From NCBI GenBank assembly GCA_024640885.1, contig JAHEEC010000007.1, positions 1,239 through 65,238 of the forward strand: 64,000 nt of DNA, in the 5' to 3' direction. This stretch comes from Bacteroidota bacterium (lineage in GTDB: Bacteria; Bacteroidota; Bacteroidia; Bacteroidales; GCA-2748055). A model generated the notes under the pieces. The model saw nothing but the letters and a program-made list of their open reading frames with translations. It searched no databases and was not told the origin of the DNA. This document shows, piece after piece, positions 42,992 to 51,928 of the stretch. Both the position numbers and the translations under genes were made by a program. Numbering within the stretch: position 1 is the stretch's first letter; each line of letters starts with the position of its first letter.

Positions 42992-43373
42992 GTGATTTGA
43001 AAAGGCCCAGGTAAATTGCAATCCTATAAGCCAGGTAACCGGCCGCAAGACCGAAAAAATTGGCCAGCAGATCCAGCCATTCTGCCGCCCTGGTAGCCAC
43101 CATCGTAGCCTGAAGAACCTCAATCAGGGCGCTCAGTATGAATATTACCAGGATCTGGACCAGGTGGATACCCAGGCAATTTTTATGGCAACGGCTCTCC
43201 AGCATTGCGACGAATCCAAACAGGGCATACATGGAAAAATGAACGATCTTATCCATGTAAGGGATCGAAAAAAGGGAAGAATCCGGGAAGTTATTGCTGG
43301 GTATAAGACTGACAAGCGCAATGGAGATGGCAATCAAAATAGAAAATTTATACCGGATGACGTAACTTAGCAT
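42981..43373 (-). CDS. VanZ family membrane protein
   Basis: DKIVHFSMY, IEVLQ..RAAEWLDLLANFFG; start reassigned to ATG 43373. Confidence 0.85.
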   Translation of the reverse strand: MLSYVIRYKFSILIAISIALVSLIPSNNFPDSSLFSIPYMDKIVHFSMYALFGFVAMLESRCHKNCLGIHLVQILVIFILSALIEVLQATMVATRAAEWLDLLANFFGLAAGYLAYRIAIYLGLFKSLRS

Positions 43374-43418
43374 ATCTGCGGGATCCTTTACGCGCACAAA
43401 TATGACAATAATTTCGCA

Positions 43419-46400
43419 ATGAAGCCGGACGAACTGCTTGCTTTTCTGAAAGGTGAAACCATAGACACATGGTTTGACCTTGGCCTTTTCCTTGACAGGC
43501 TCCGGGAAGAGAAGCATTATCCTCCGTTTCAATTTGGCGGATCCTACGAGGAATTTAAAGAAGATCTGAGGAAAGGGGGGGTGGCCTTTGTCACTTTTCA
43601 CTTCATGGTTGACGGGGTGACTGTGGAGGTGGAAAAGTATGCATCGCTGATCAGGCGTAATATTCCGGGGATCCAGGTCCATTATATTGCAGGGGAGATC
43701 CATACCAGGACGGACCCCGGTATAGAAATGGATTATAAGCTATTCAGGATCCCCGAGCTTGCCGGATTTGACAGCTGGGAACTCTACCGGGATTTCTATT
43801 TTACAACACTTGAAAGGGGAAGTGACACCTACAACTCCCTGGTAAAAAGATTGTGGGAACAAACACTGGTGATCATTGAAAAGCTGGGGGGCTACATTGA
43901 GCGTGAGAAGATCAATCTGCTCTATACAATAAACGTCTGCTCCAACCCGGGAAATATCGCCTTCGCCCTGGCCACAGTACTCCTTTCGGAATACCTTGGA
44001 ATACCGGTGATCAATAATAACCACGATTTTTACTGGGAAGGGGGTATGTGCAGGTCAGAACGGGAAAAGTCAGGCACACATGCGGGACCCCGGGATTTTT
44101 TCTTTCACAATTGTCACCTGGGAGAGGTCTTCTCGCTCATTGAAGTATTGTTTCCATGGCAATCACGTTCCTGGATCAATGTCAATATCAACAAGGGACA
44201 GACCAACCACCTGGTTCGCCTCAGGGGGCACAATCCGGCCAACGTAATGGAGATAGGCACAGCGGTGGACACCTCCAGGTATACCAAAAATGACAAGCGG
44301 AAAAACATCACCACATTCATCCAGGTGGAGAAAATCCTGTCGAGATACGGGGACCAGCTCGTCAGCTATTCTGTGGATGACGTCCTCAGGGGCGGACTGG
44401 TCGAACCGGCCAATCCGGGGCCCATCCTGATCGGAACCCGCACTGGCAGGGTGGGGGGGTTTATCAGGGAAAATATAATTTTCCTGCAACCCACGAGGAT
44501 CATCTCCAGGAAAAGGATCGAAACATCTTTTAGCCTGCTGGCAAAGATGCTTGAAGACCAGGAGATGCTTCACCGCTTCAGGAACACCCCTCAGCTGAAA
44601 TTGACACTCCTGATCACGGGACCCATAGCCACAGGGCATTTTGGTTATTACCGCAAACTGGTGGAACGGTTCGGGGAATTGCTTGACATGTTGGGACCCT
44701 CCCTGAGAAAGCGGGTATACCTTGCGCTGTTTTTTGGTGAACTGGACCAGGCAGCCTTCAAGACTCGGTTCAAAGCACCCGTCACCATTGCCGAACTCTA
44801 TAACATCTCATCACTGGTCCTGCTGCCCAGCAAAACCGAGGGGAGGGGACTGCCCATCATCGAGGCCACCGCCTGCGGCACACCCATTTTTTGCAGGAGG
44901 TATGAGCCCGAGACCGTCTATTCAGAGGTGATCGGAGAACACCTTGAAGAGAAGGAAAGGTTAAAGGTGATGGAATTCAAGGGCAAGAAGATAACCAGCA
45001 GGATCGTGGCCCAGATCATAGACCGGGTTTTTTTCCCGCACAGGTATGCCGATGAATTCAGCCACAACAGGAGGGTTGTCCATAAGCGATACAGCCTGGA
45101 TTCACTCAATGAGGATATTCACCAGATCCTGTACAGGATTTACAAACAGCTGAAAAGCAACGACAAAACCCTCAGGATCGCCATGGAGTGCATGGATGAT
45201 TACCGGGAGATGGTGACATTCACCAACGATGATCTGATGGAGTTGCTGGATACCAGGCACAGGCACTACCTTCCCGGTTACGGACGACTCCAGTTCATGC
45301 TCATGTTAAAATCGATCATCGATCCAAGCTATTTCAGGGTAGAGGAGCAACGGACGCGTGGCATGGCTTTCCATTTTGCAAGGACCATCATCGAAAATGA
45401 TCCGGATGCCGAGTTTGTGCCCCCCAAGACCATCAACCGGTTTTACAATGCAGTGGAGACGGTTTTTACAATCAGGGACGGGGAGAGACCCATCCAGCAT
45501 GATCATTCAATGCCATACCGGCACCGCAACAGGAACCATTACCCTTACCAGGATTATACGTTCCAGGAGTTAACGGGATTAATTAATCTGCTTTATATCC
45601 GCATTGTGCACCCCTCCCCCCGGAACAGGGTCGATCTCAGCCCCCAGTTCTTTACCGACTGGGACCTTGCGCTGTTACAACTTACCGGAAGCAGTTACCT
45701 GGCTATCGATGACAGGAAGACACTCATTGAGAGGCTCCATGAAAACCTGCCAATAGCCTATTTCCCGGGGATCTACATAATGGTTGAGCTAGAATTTTTT
45801 GCCCTCCAGTCCATCAGGACCAGGTTGGGCCTCACCCTTGAAAGGATCATTACCAGGGAGTTGCTGGAGTCGGAAGCGATGAGCTTGCAACCGGTCTATA
45901 TTTTTGCCCAGGACCGGAACCTTGGCAAACAACTGAACAAGGATGAGATTACAGATTATATCATAAACGGAACCTCTCAAGAGCTGAAGCTGCTCTACGA
46001 GTTCAGGGTGATCCAGATCATTCGGACAAAGCAGGTGTGTGTTGGGATCCATTTCCCCCAGCTTGGCAGCAAAGCCCTGAAAGTATTGCGTAAGATCAGG
46101 GACCAGCACGGATATATCCTGACCAACCGGAGCAATGCAGCCGTGATGACCGATATGGTGAATATGGATCGGTTTCACATCGGCCAGATATCCGGTCAGT
46201 TCATGGCCCACATCATGGGAATACCCATGGAAAGCGGTTATATACAGTACGTCCCCGCGGGTATCCGGACAACCCTGGCCTATCCCACCCCTGTCCAAAC
46301 TTCGAAGGATTTTGAGCGTGCCAGGAAAAGCAACCTGTACCTCTCGCTGGTAAAGAAATTAGGGGAAGAAAGAGTCATGAAGGCGATCCGTGAGGATGCG

Positions 46401-47576
46401 GTTAAAAACGGCAGCCCTTTGGCGCATGTGCTGAATTCCATGGTCGTCACCGCAAAAGAAAAGAAGAAGATAGACTTTGAATATTTGAGCGGGATTTACG
46501 GGGATGGATTGCCCTACAACGGGGTGATGGCCCGCCTGAGTTTCTCCGCAGTGCGATGGGATTTCTCCGCAGTTGCCGGCAACGGAAAGCCCAGGTCGGT
46601 GCTCCGGTTTGTGAAGGAGTTTCAAAGGAAGACCGGAAAACCGGTTCAGATCGCATGGAATGGGGGTTACATTCTTAATGCCGAGCTGGTTGGCAAGCTG
46701 GCCCTTCCGGAAACCTACATCGGGACACCGCTGGGCTTGCTCATTTCGGATGGAAAAATGATTTCGCCCCCCCTCTTTAACAAACCCGCACTTCTCTTTT
46801 TAAGGGATGGTACAATCCAGATCCAGAGGGTCAACTGTGCCCGTGGAATTCGCGTGGCCTGGGATTCAGGGGAGCTGGAACTGTCCGGAAAAGCATATAA
46901 CACCACTGGAGGAAATGAGGGTTCAGGGTATTACGACCTGCTGTTTGCAGGAAATGAAATTCCGGGAAACGGGAGGGTGATCGTCAGGATGGCCGGAAAT
47001 GAGGTCAAGGAAATTTTAAAGACCAGAAGCAACGAAAAGGTTCCCCAGGTACCGGTTGGAATTACACTGGCAATCAATCCGGAGCAAATGCCCCAAGGAT
47101 GGAGGGAGGGAATGAAACTCGACCTCTCCCTTCCGGGTTTCAATAACGTGCTTCACGCAGTGGAAGCCGGCCCCATGCTCCTGGACGGGGGAGAGCTCGC
47201 CATTGATATGAAACAGGAGGGATGGGAGACAGACCATTCCATTCGAACACAGGCCGCGAGGATGGATGATACAGAGATGCGGGGACCAAAAATTGCGGTG
47301 GGGATCAACAAGAAGGGAGAGATGGCGGTGCTTGCCATCAACGGAAGGATCAGGGAATCGGTGGGTGCCACTCATGGAGAAATGGCTGGAATGCTGAAGG
47401 GTCTTGGTATGGAGCGGGCCATGGGATTTGACCCGGGAGGGAGCAGTACCCTGGTGGTGGACGGAAGGGTTTTAAATATTGCCCCCTATAACGGACAATA
47501 CGAGACCGATGTATATGCCCTTCCCCCCCAACCCAGGGTGGTTTCCAATGCCATCATTGGCTTTAGCCTCGATTAG
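43419..47576 (+). CDS. Multidomain protein: MggS-like GT4 glycosyltransferase, unknown domain, phosphodiester glycosidase (NAGPA/DUF2233-like)
   Basis: DGVTVEVEKY, HDFYWE, QPTRIISRKRIE and EGRGLPIIE in the N-terminal part; NGGY, AGPMLL, INGR, DPGGSSTL and RVVSNAI in the C-terminal part. Confidence 0.8.
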   Translation: MKPDELLAFLKGETIDTWFDLGLFLDRLREEKHYPPFQFGGSYEEFKEDLRKGGVAFVTFHFMVDGVTVEVEKYASLIRRNIPGIQVHYIAGEIHTRTDPGIEMDYKLFRIPELAGFDSWELYRDFYFTTLERGSDTYNSLVKRLWEQTLVIIEKLGGYIEREKINLLYTINVCSNPGNIAFALATVLLSEYLGIPVINNNHDFYWEGGMCRSEREKSGTHAGPRDFFFHNCHLGEVFSLIEVLFPWQSRSWINVNINKGQTNHLVRLRGHNPANVMEIGTAVDTSRYTKNDKRKNITTFIQVEKILSRYGDQLVSYSVDDVLRGGLVEPANPGPILIGTRTGRVGGFIRENIIFLQPTRIISRKRIETSFSLLAKMLEDQEMLHRFRNTPQLKLTLLITGPIATGHFGYYRKLVERFGELLDMLGPSLRKRVYLALFFGELDQAAFKTRFKAPVTIAELYNISSLVLLPSKTEGRGLPIIEATACGTPIFCRRYEPETVYSEVIGEHLEEKERLKVMEFKGKKITSRIVAQIIDRVFFPHRYADEFSHNRRVVHKRYSLDSLNEDIHQILYRIYKQLKSNDKTLRIAMECMDDYREMVTFTNDDLMELLDTRHRHYLPGYGRLQFMLMLKSIIDPSYFRVEEQRTRGMAFHFARTIIENDPDAEFVPPKTINRFYNAVETVFTIRDGERPIQHDHSMPYRHRNRNHYPYQDYTFQELTGLINLLYIRIVHPSPRNRVDLSPQFFTDWDLALLQLTGSSYLAIDDRKTLIERLHENLPIAYFPGIYIMVELEFFALQSIRTRLGLTLERIITRELLESEAMSLQPVYIFAQDRNLGKQLNKDEITDYIINGTSQELKLLYEFRVIQIIRTKQVCVGIHFPQLGSKALKVLRKIRDQHGYILTNRSNAAVMTDMVNMDRFHIGQISGQFMAHIMGIPMESGYIQYVPAGIRTTLAYPTPVQTSKDFERARKSNLYLSLVKKLGEERVMKAIREDAVKNGSPLAHVLNSMVVTAKEKKKIDFEYLSGIYGDGLPYNGVMARLSFSAVRWDFSAVAGNGKPRSVLRFVKEFQRKTGKPVQIAWNGGYILNAELVGKLALPETYIGTPLGLLISDGKMISPPLFNKPALLFLRDGTIQIQRVNCARGIRVAWDSGELELSGKAYNTTGGNEGSGYYDLLFAGNEIPGNGRVIVRMAGNEVKEILKTRSNEKVPQVPVGITLAINPEQMPQGWREGMKLDLSLPGFNNVLHAVEAGPMLLDGGELAIDMKQEGWETDHSIRTQAARMDDTEMRGPKIAVGINKKGEMAVLAINGRIRESVGATHGEMAGMLKGLGMERAMGFDPGGSSTLVVDGRVLNIAPYNGQYETDVYALPPQPRVVSNAIIGFSLD

Positions 47577-47579
47577 CAT

Positions 47580-48737
47580 ATGGGAGGAATTTACATACAT
47601 ATTCCATTTTGCCGGCAGGCTTGCCGGTACTGTGACTTCTTCTTTAGGGTGAGCCTCGGTCACATGGATGGATTTGTGGATCAACTGGTGCAGGAGATCC
47701 TCCTTCGCGGGAAGGAACATCCGGGAGACCCCATGCAAACCCTTTACCTTGGAGGCGGAACACCCTCCCTGCTTTCGCCCGGGCAGCTGGAAAGGATCCT
47801 GGGGGCCATCCATCGCTCCTTTACATTTCGCAGGGACGCAGAGATCACCATGGAGTGCAATCCCGATGACCTGGATCCCCTTTTCCTTGACCGCCTGGCA
47901 AACCAAGGATTCAACCGCCTCAGCATAGGGGTACAGTCATTTCATGAACGGGATTTGCAACTGATGCGCAGGTCGCATAGCTCCGAGCAGGCAGAAAGAA
48001 GTGTGAAGAACGCTGCAACCGCAGGTTTTGAGAACATTACCATGGACCTCATTTATGGAATTCCAGGCCAGTCCTCTTTTGAGTGGGAAGAGAACCTGGC
48101 CAGGGCGATTTCCCTGCCCATCGCTCACCTGTCGGCCTACCACCTCACTTTTGAGAACGGGACCGTTTTTGACCACTGGAGGAAAAAAGGCCGGTTGCTT
48201 CCAGTCCCCGAAGAAGAGAGCCTGCACCAGTATGAATTGCTCCGGGAGCACCTTCTTGCAGCGGGATTTGAACACTATGAGATCTCAAATTTCGCGCGGG
48301 GGGGGAAAATGTCGGAACACAACATGATCTACTGGAACGGGATGCCCTACCTTGGGATGGGGCCATCCGCACACTCTTTTGATGGCACCGCCAGGAGCTG
48401 GAATATATCGTCACTCAAAGGGTACGTGGATGGAATGAAGGCAGGAAAAGGTATCAGCCAGGCAGAGATTCTGACTACGCAGGAACGGTATCACGACTAC
48501 CTGATCACCTCTCTGCGAACCCGGTGGGGCGCAGATCCCGGCCATATCCAAACACAGTTCGGGGATGAGTTCAGGGATCATTTCGACAGGAAGGCCCGGT
48601 TGTTCCTGGAAGAGGGATCCATGTGGATCACCGGACAGCGGGTAGCCATCCAGCCGAACCGGTGGTTGATTACCGATCATATCCTGCGGGAGCTCTTTGT
48701 GGATCAGCACGGGCATTCATCACATGGGGTACCTTGA
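47580..48737 (+). CDS. hemW: Radical SAM heme chaperone HemW
   Basis: YIHIPFCRQACRYCDF, GGGTPS, HYEISNF, HNMIYW. Confidence 0.93.
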   Translation: MGGIYIHIPFCRQACRYCDFFFRVSLGHMDGFVDQLVQEILLRGKEHPGDPMQTLYLGGGTPSLLSPGQLERILGAIHRSFTFRRDAEITMECNPDDLDPLFLDRLANQGFNRLSIGVQSFHERDLQLMRRSHSSEQAERSVKNAATAGFENITMDLIYGIPGQSSFEWEENLARAISLPIAHLSAYHLTFENGTVFDHWRKKGRLLPVPEEESLHQYELLREHLLAAGFEHYEISNFARGGKMSEHNMIYWNGMPYLGMGPSAHSFDGTARSWNISSLKGYVDGMKAGKGISQAEILTTQERYHDYLITSLRTRWGADPGHIQTQFGDEFRDHFDRKARLFLEEGSMWITGQRVAIQPNRWLITDHILRELFVDQHGHSSHGVP

Positions 48738-48748
48738 ACTTGCCTCTC

Positions 48749-50035
48749 TTAGAGCCCTTTGGCTTTCCCGATAAGCTCATCCAGTTTTTCACGTAGGGTG
48801 TCATAGCTGAAATGCATCTTCCCAAGAGCGAAGTTATGTTCGGCGATCTCCCGGCCAAGGGAGGGATCGTAAATCACGGAGGCCATATCCCGCACGGCTT
48901 CCTCTGTGAGGATCCCATGTTCGATCATCACTGTTTTGAATCCCTTGCTCCCAATGTCAGCCACATAGACCGGCTCGTAGTTGTTCACAAAGATGGGCCG
49001 CCGGGCCAGGACCGCTTCCACAAAAGCATTGCCAAATCCCTCGTAAGTACTGAAATAGGTGCATGCCGTGGCGCGCGCATAGGCATCGGAAAGAGAGAAA
49101 CGCACCTCCCCATTGCCGCCGGAGAGTCCTTTGTTGTGGAAAAGGTGATGGGCAAAAGTGACCTGATCACCTGCTTTCAGTTCATGGATCAGGTTCACAA
49201 GCTCGTTATAATAGGCGCTTCCCGCATCATCCGCATAATTGCCCGTGATCACCAGCTTGATCTTTTTATCATCGAGTTCATGCACCAACCGGATGGCGGT
49301 CCCGATCCCTTTTCTCCTTACGATCCTTGTGATCTGAAAGAGCAGCAGGTCATCCTTTTTGAAACCCAGGTGCCGTTCCAGCTCTTCATTCCTGCTGTTC
49401 CTTTCACCGAAAGGTTTGCTGAAATCCATTACGTTGGGTACGTTCACTGCATCCCGGTGAAACCGTTCCATGAGCGTATTCCGGGCGTGGGTGTTGATTA
49501 CCGCATGCACCGAGTTAGCCGCCCTCAGGGGGAAAACCTCCGCCACAAAATCATTGATCTCCTTGTGGGGAGAGACATAACGGTCACCCCGCTCCCAGGC
49601 AAAATCATGGTCATGCGTGATGGTGGGTATTCCCGATCTATTCACGACTTTGCTGATGGCAAGGCCCATCTCCAGGTGAGAGGGCAGGGCAGAGGCATTT
49701 TCCGAAATAATCAGGTCGATCTTTCTTTCGCTGATCCAGTTCAGGATCTTTTTGTAAATGACCTTTGAATAGAGGTTCAGGTGATCGATGAGCTCCTGCG
49801 GATCGGTTTCGGGGTAAAAGAATGCTTTTTTCTGGCTCCAGAAGCTTTCCGGGGAGAAGAAAGACATTTCAGGGACAAGGGTCTCCGTGGAGGGATCCAT
49901 GGTCCTTTCCTGAAACTGGCCGGAGAGCACATACGTGGAGTGTCCCATGGACCTGAGTACCTCGATCCATTTTTCGCACTCCAGTGCTACCCCGTCCACA
50001 CCACCGATCCGCCCAATGATTATTCCAACATTCAT
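48749..50035 (-). CDS. GT4 glycosyltransferase, mannosylglucosylglycerate synthase (MggS)-like
   Basis: DGVALECEKW, HDHDFAWER, HAVIN, VPNVMDF, QITRIVRRKGI, EGFGNAFVE, HNFALGKMHFS. Confidence 0.85.
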   Translation of the reverse strand: MNVGIIIGRIGGVDGVALECEKWIEVLRSMGHSTYVLSGQFQERTMDPSTETLVPEMSFFSPESFWSQKKAFFYPETDPQELIDHLNLYSKVIYKKILNWISERKIDLIISENASALPSHLEMGLAISKVVNRSGIPTITHDHDFAWERGDRYVSPHKEINDFVAEVFPLRAANSVHAVINTHARNTLMERFHRDAVNVPNVMDFSKPFGERNSRNEELERHLGFKKDDLLLFQITRIVRRKGIGTAIRLVHELDDKKIKLVITGNYADDAGSAYYNELVNLIHELKAGDQVTFAHHLFHNKGLSGGNGEVRFSLSDAYARATACTYFSTYEGFGNAFVEAVLARRPIFVNNYEPVYVADIGSKGFKTVMIEHGILTEEAVRDMASVIYDPSLGREIAEHNFALGKMHFSYDTLREKLDELIGKAKGL

Positions 50036-50050
50036 CTTCAGGAGGGCCGG

Positions 50051-50938
50051 TTATTTCAGTATAAAGACGGCGGTCCCGATATTTTTTCCTTCTGCATAGA
50101 GTTCCACCATGTGTTCACCGGGAACGATCTCCCCGTCATTGGCCCAGAATATGGAGACGGGCAGGTCTTCATTTTCATAATTGACCATCCTGGAAGCGGA
50201 AGCGGGGATCTGTTCGCCAATGTACTCGAACATCTCCATTTCCGGTGAACCCAGCAATACCAGGTCGGGCCGGAGAATCCTCAGGTAGATGGTTTTCTCT
50301 CCCGGAAGGGTTACCTTGTTTGCCCTCAACACAAAATCGATCCGCACCGTGGTGGCGGTCCGGACCCTCTCGGTCTCCTTATCCCGTTTGTTCAGCATCA
50401 CAAGGTTGACCTCCGAGGCCTGGAGGGTGGTGGCCAGGTTCTTGATCTCCTCAAGCTGTGATTTGTCCTTTTCCAGTTGCTCCTTTTCTGTGGTAAGGCG
50501 GAGTTCGGTGTTCCTGAGCTGTTTGTTCTCGGCCATCAACTCCTGATTCTGCATGTTCAGGGAATCGATCTGCACGATGTAGCTCCTTAAGACGGAGCGC
50601 AACGTCTCCATTTCACGCTTGTACATCTTGATCTTGTAGGCATCATCTGCCTGAATGGAAATCAGCTTGTTGATTTTCTGTTGCTGTTGCTGCATCTCGA
50701 CCTGGAGATCCAGGTTATCTGTCTCAAGGGAGTCATACTGATAATAGATATTTCTCAACTCCCCCTCCAGTGAGTCGCGCTCGACACGGAAATATTCTGT
50801 TTTCTCAGCCAGGTCGGCCGAGACCAGGTTCAGGTTTTTTCTTGTATCAAGCAACAGGTAGACCGCGACGGCCAATACGACCACCAGAAGACCGAGAATG
50901 CCGTACAATACCCCTACATTTGGTTTTTTTTCTGCCAT
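50051..50938 (-). CDS. Membrane-anchored coiled-coil hypothetical protein
   Basis: N-terminal TM helix, long heptad region, C-terminal beta domain. ATG 50938 preferred because TATATTTG at 50960-50967 overlaps the track start. Confidence 0.75.
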   Translation of the reverse strand: MAEKKPNVGVLYGILGLLVVVLAVAVYLLLDTRKNLNLVSADLAEKTEYFRVERDSLEGELRNIYYQYDSLETDNLDLQVEMQQQQQKINKLISIQADDAYKIKMYKREMETLRSVLRSYIVQIDSLNMQNQELMAENKQLRNTELRLTTEKEQLEKDKSQLEEIKNLATTLQASEVNLVMLNKRDKETERVRTATTVRIDFVLRANKVTLPGEKTIYLRILRPDLVLLGSPEMEMFEYIGEQIPASASRMVNYENEDLPVSIFWANDGEIVPGEHMVELYAEGKNIGTAVFILK

Positions 50939-50989
50939 GATGAAAGATTTATTATTATACAAATATACACATTAGCTTCTCACGGGTGA

Positions 50990-51925
50990 TTATCCGCCGG
51001 GATTCAGAGGTTCAATATCCGATTCTGTGATGCCATATTTCTCATCCTCTTCCTGGTTCCCCAGGGGCTCCACATGCACCATGATGTCGTAAATATTCTT
51101 AAGATTCTTTCTAATGCTTCTTTCCACATTTTTGGCGATTTCGTGTGCTTTTTTCACCGACAGGTCGGGATCCACTTCGATATCCAGGTTCACCATGTAA
51201 TGGTTGCCGATTTTCCGTGCTCGCACCCGGTGTGGGTTGTGCGCACCGGACACGCTGTTCACCGCTTCAAAAAGTTTGCAATATACCTGGGTGTTATCGA
51301 TGCCATCCATCAGGTCAATATTGGACTTCATGAAGATCTTAAAGGCCTGGTACATAATAAATGCACTGATAGCCAGGGCAATAATTCGATCAATTAGCGG
51401 CTCCTGCAGCAGTACGGTAAAGAGCAGGCTGCCCAGCACGCTGAAAGAGATCAGGATATCATTGCGCATATTTTTGGCGTTGGCGATCAACATGGGGCTG
51501 TCTACCTTTTTACCGGTCCGCAACAGGAGGAGGGTCAACCCCCCCTTTCCAATGATGGAAATGATGGTTACCCATATGGCCAGATGAGATGGAGTCTTCA
51601 TCACGGTGCCCTCGGCAAGGATCCTGATTGTGGAATAAGCCAGCTGGGCACCCGCAAAAAAGATGATAAAGGAGAGCACCTTGGTGGCCACGGTGTCTGC
51701 TTTTTTATAGCCATAGGGAAATTTCACATTGGGGGGCCGGGATATGATCTTCGCGGCGAACAGGACCACCAGCGAAGATGCTATATCGGTGGTGGAGTCG
51801 ATGCCATCGGCGATCACCGCATAACTTCCTGAAACAAAACCCACCACGAGCTTTAGCAAGGCCAGGACTCCGTTGCCCACTATGGCCCACCACGAGGCCT
51901 TAATGATATCTTTTTCTCTTTGCAA
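50990..51925 (-). CDS. Cation diffusion facilitator transporter (FieF-like)
   Basis: GSYAVIADGIDSTTD, FPYGY, RARKIG, HVEP. Confidence 0.9.
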   Translation of the reverse strand: MQREKDIIKASWWAIVGNGVLALLKLVVGFVSGSYAVIADGIDSTTDIASSLVVLFAAKIISRPPNVKFPYGYKKADTVATKVLSFIIFFAGAQLAYSTIRILAEGTVMKTPSHLAIWVTIISIIGKGGLTLLLLRTGKKVDSPMLIANAKNMRNDILISFSVLGSLLFTVLLQEPLIDRIIALAISAFIMYQAFKIFMKSNIDLMDGIDNTQVYCKLFEAVNSVSGAHNPHRVRARKIGNHYMVNLDIEVDPDLSVKKAHEIAKNVERSIRKNLKNIYDIMVHVEPLGNQEEDEKYGITESDIEPLNPGG

Positions 51926-51928
51926 AGA

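Noticed and set aside
43374-43703. Long N-terminus of the VanZ ORF
   Set aside because: It is antisense to the start of the large GT fusion; VanZ similarity begins at ATG 43373
48812-49768. 318-aa plus-strand ORF and other long antisense ORFs such as 7844-8509 and 59824-60522
   Set aside because: They are shadows of well-supported genes on the opposite strand and have no motifs of their own
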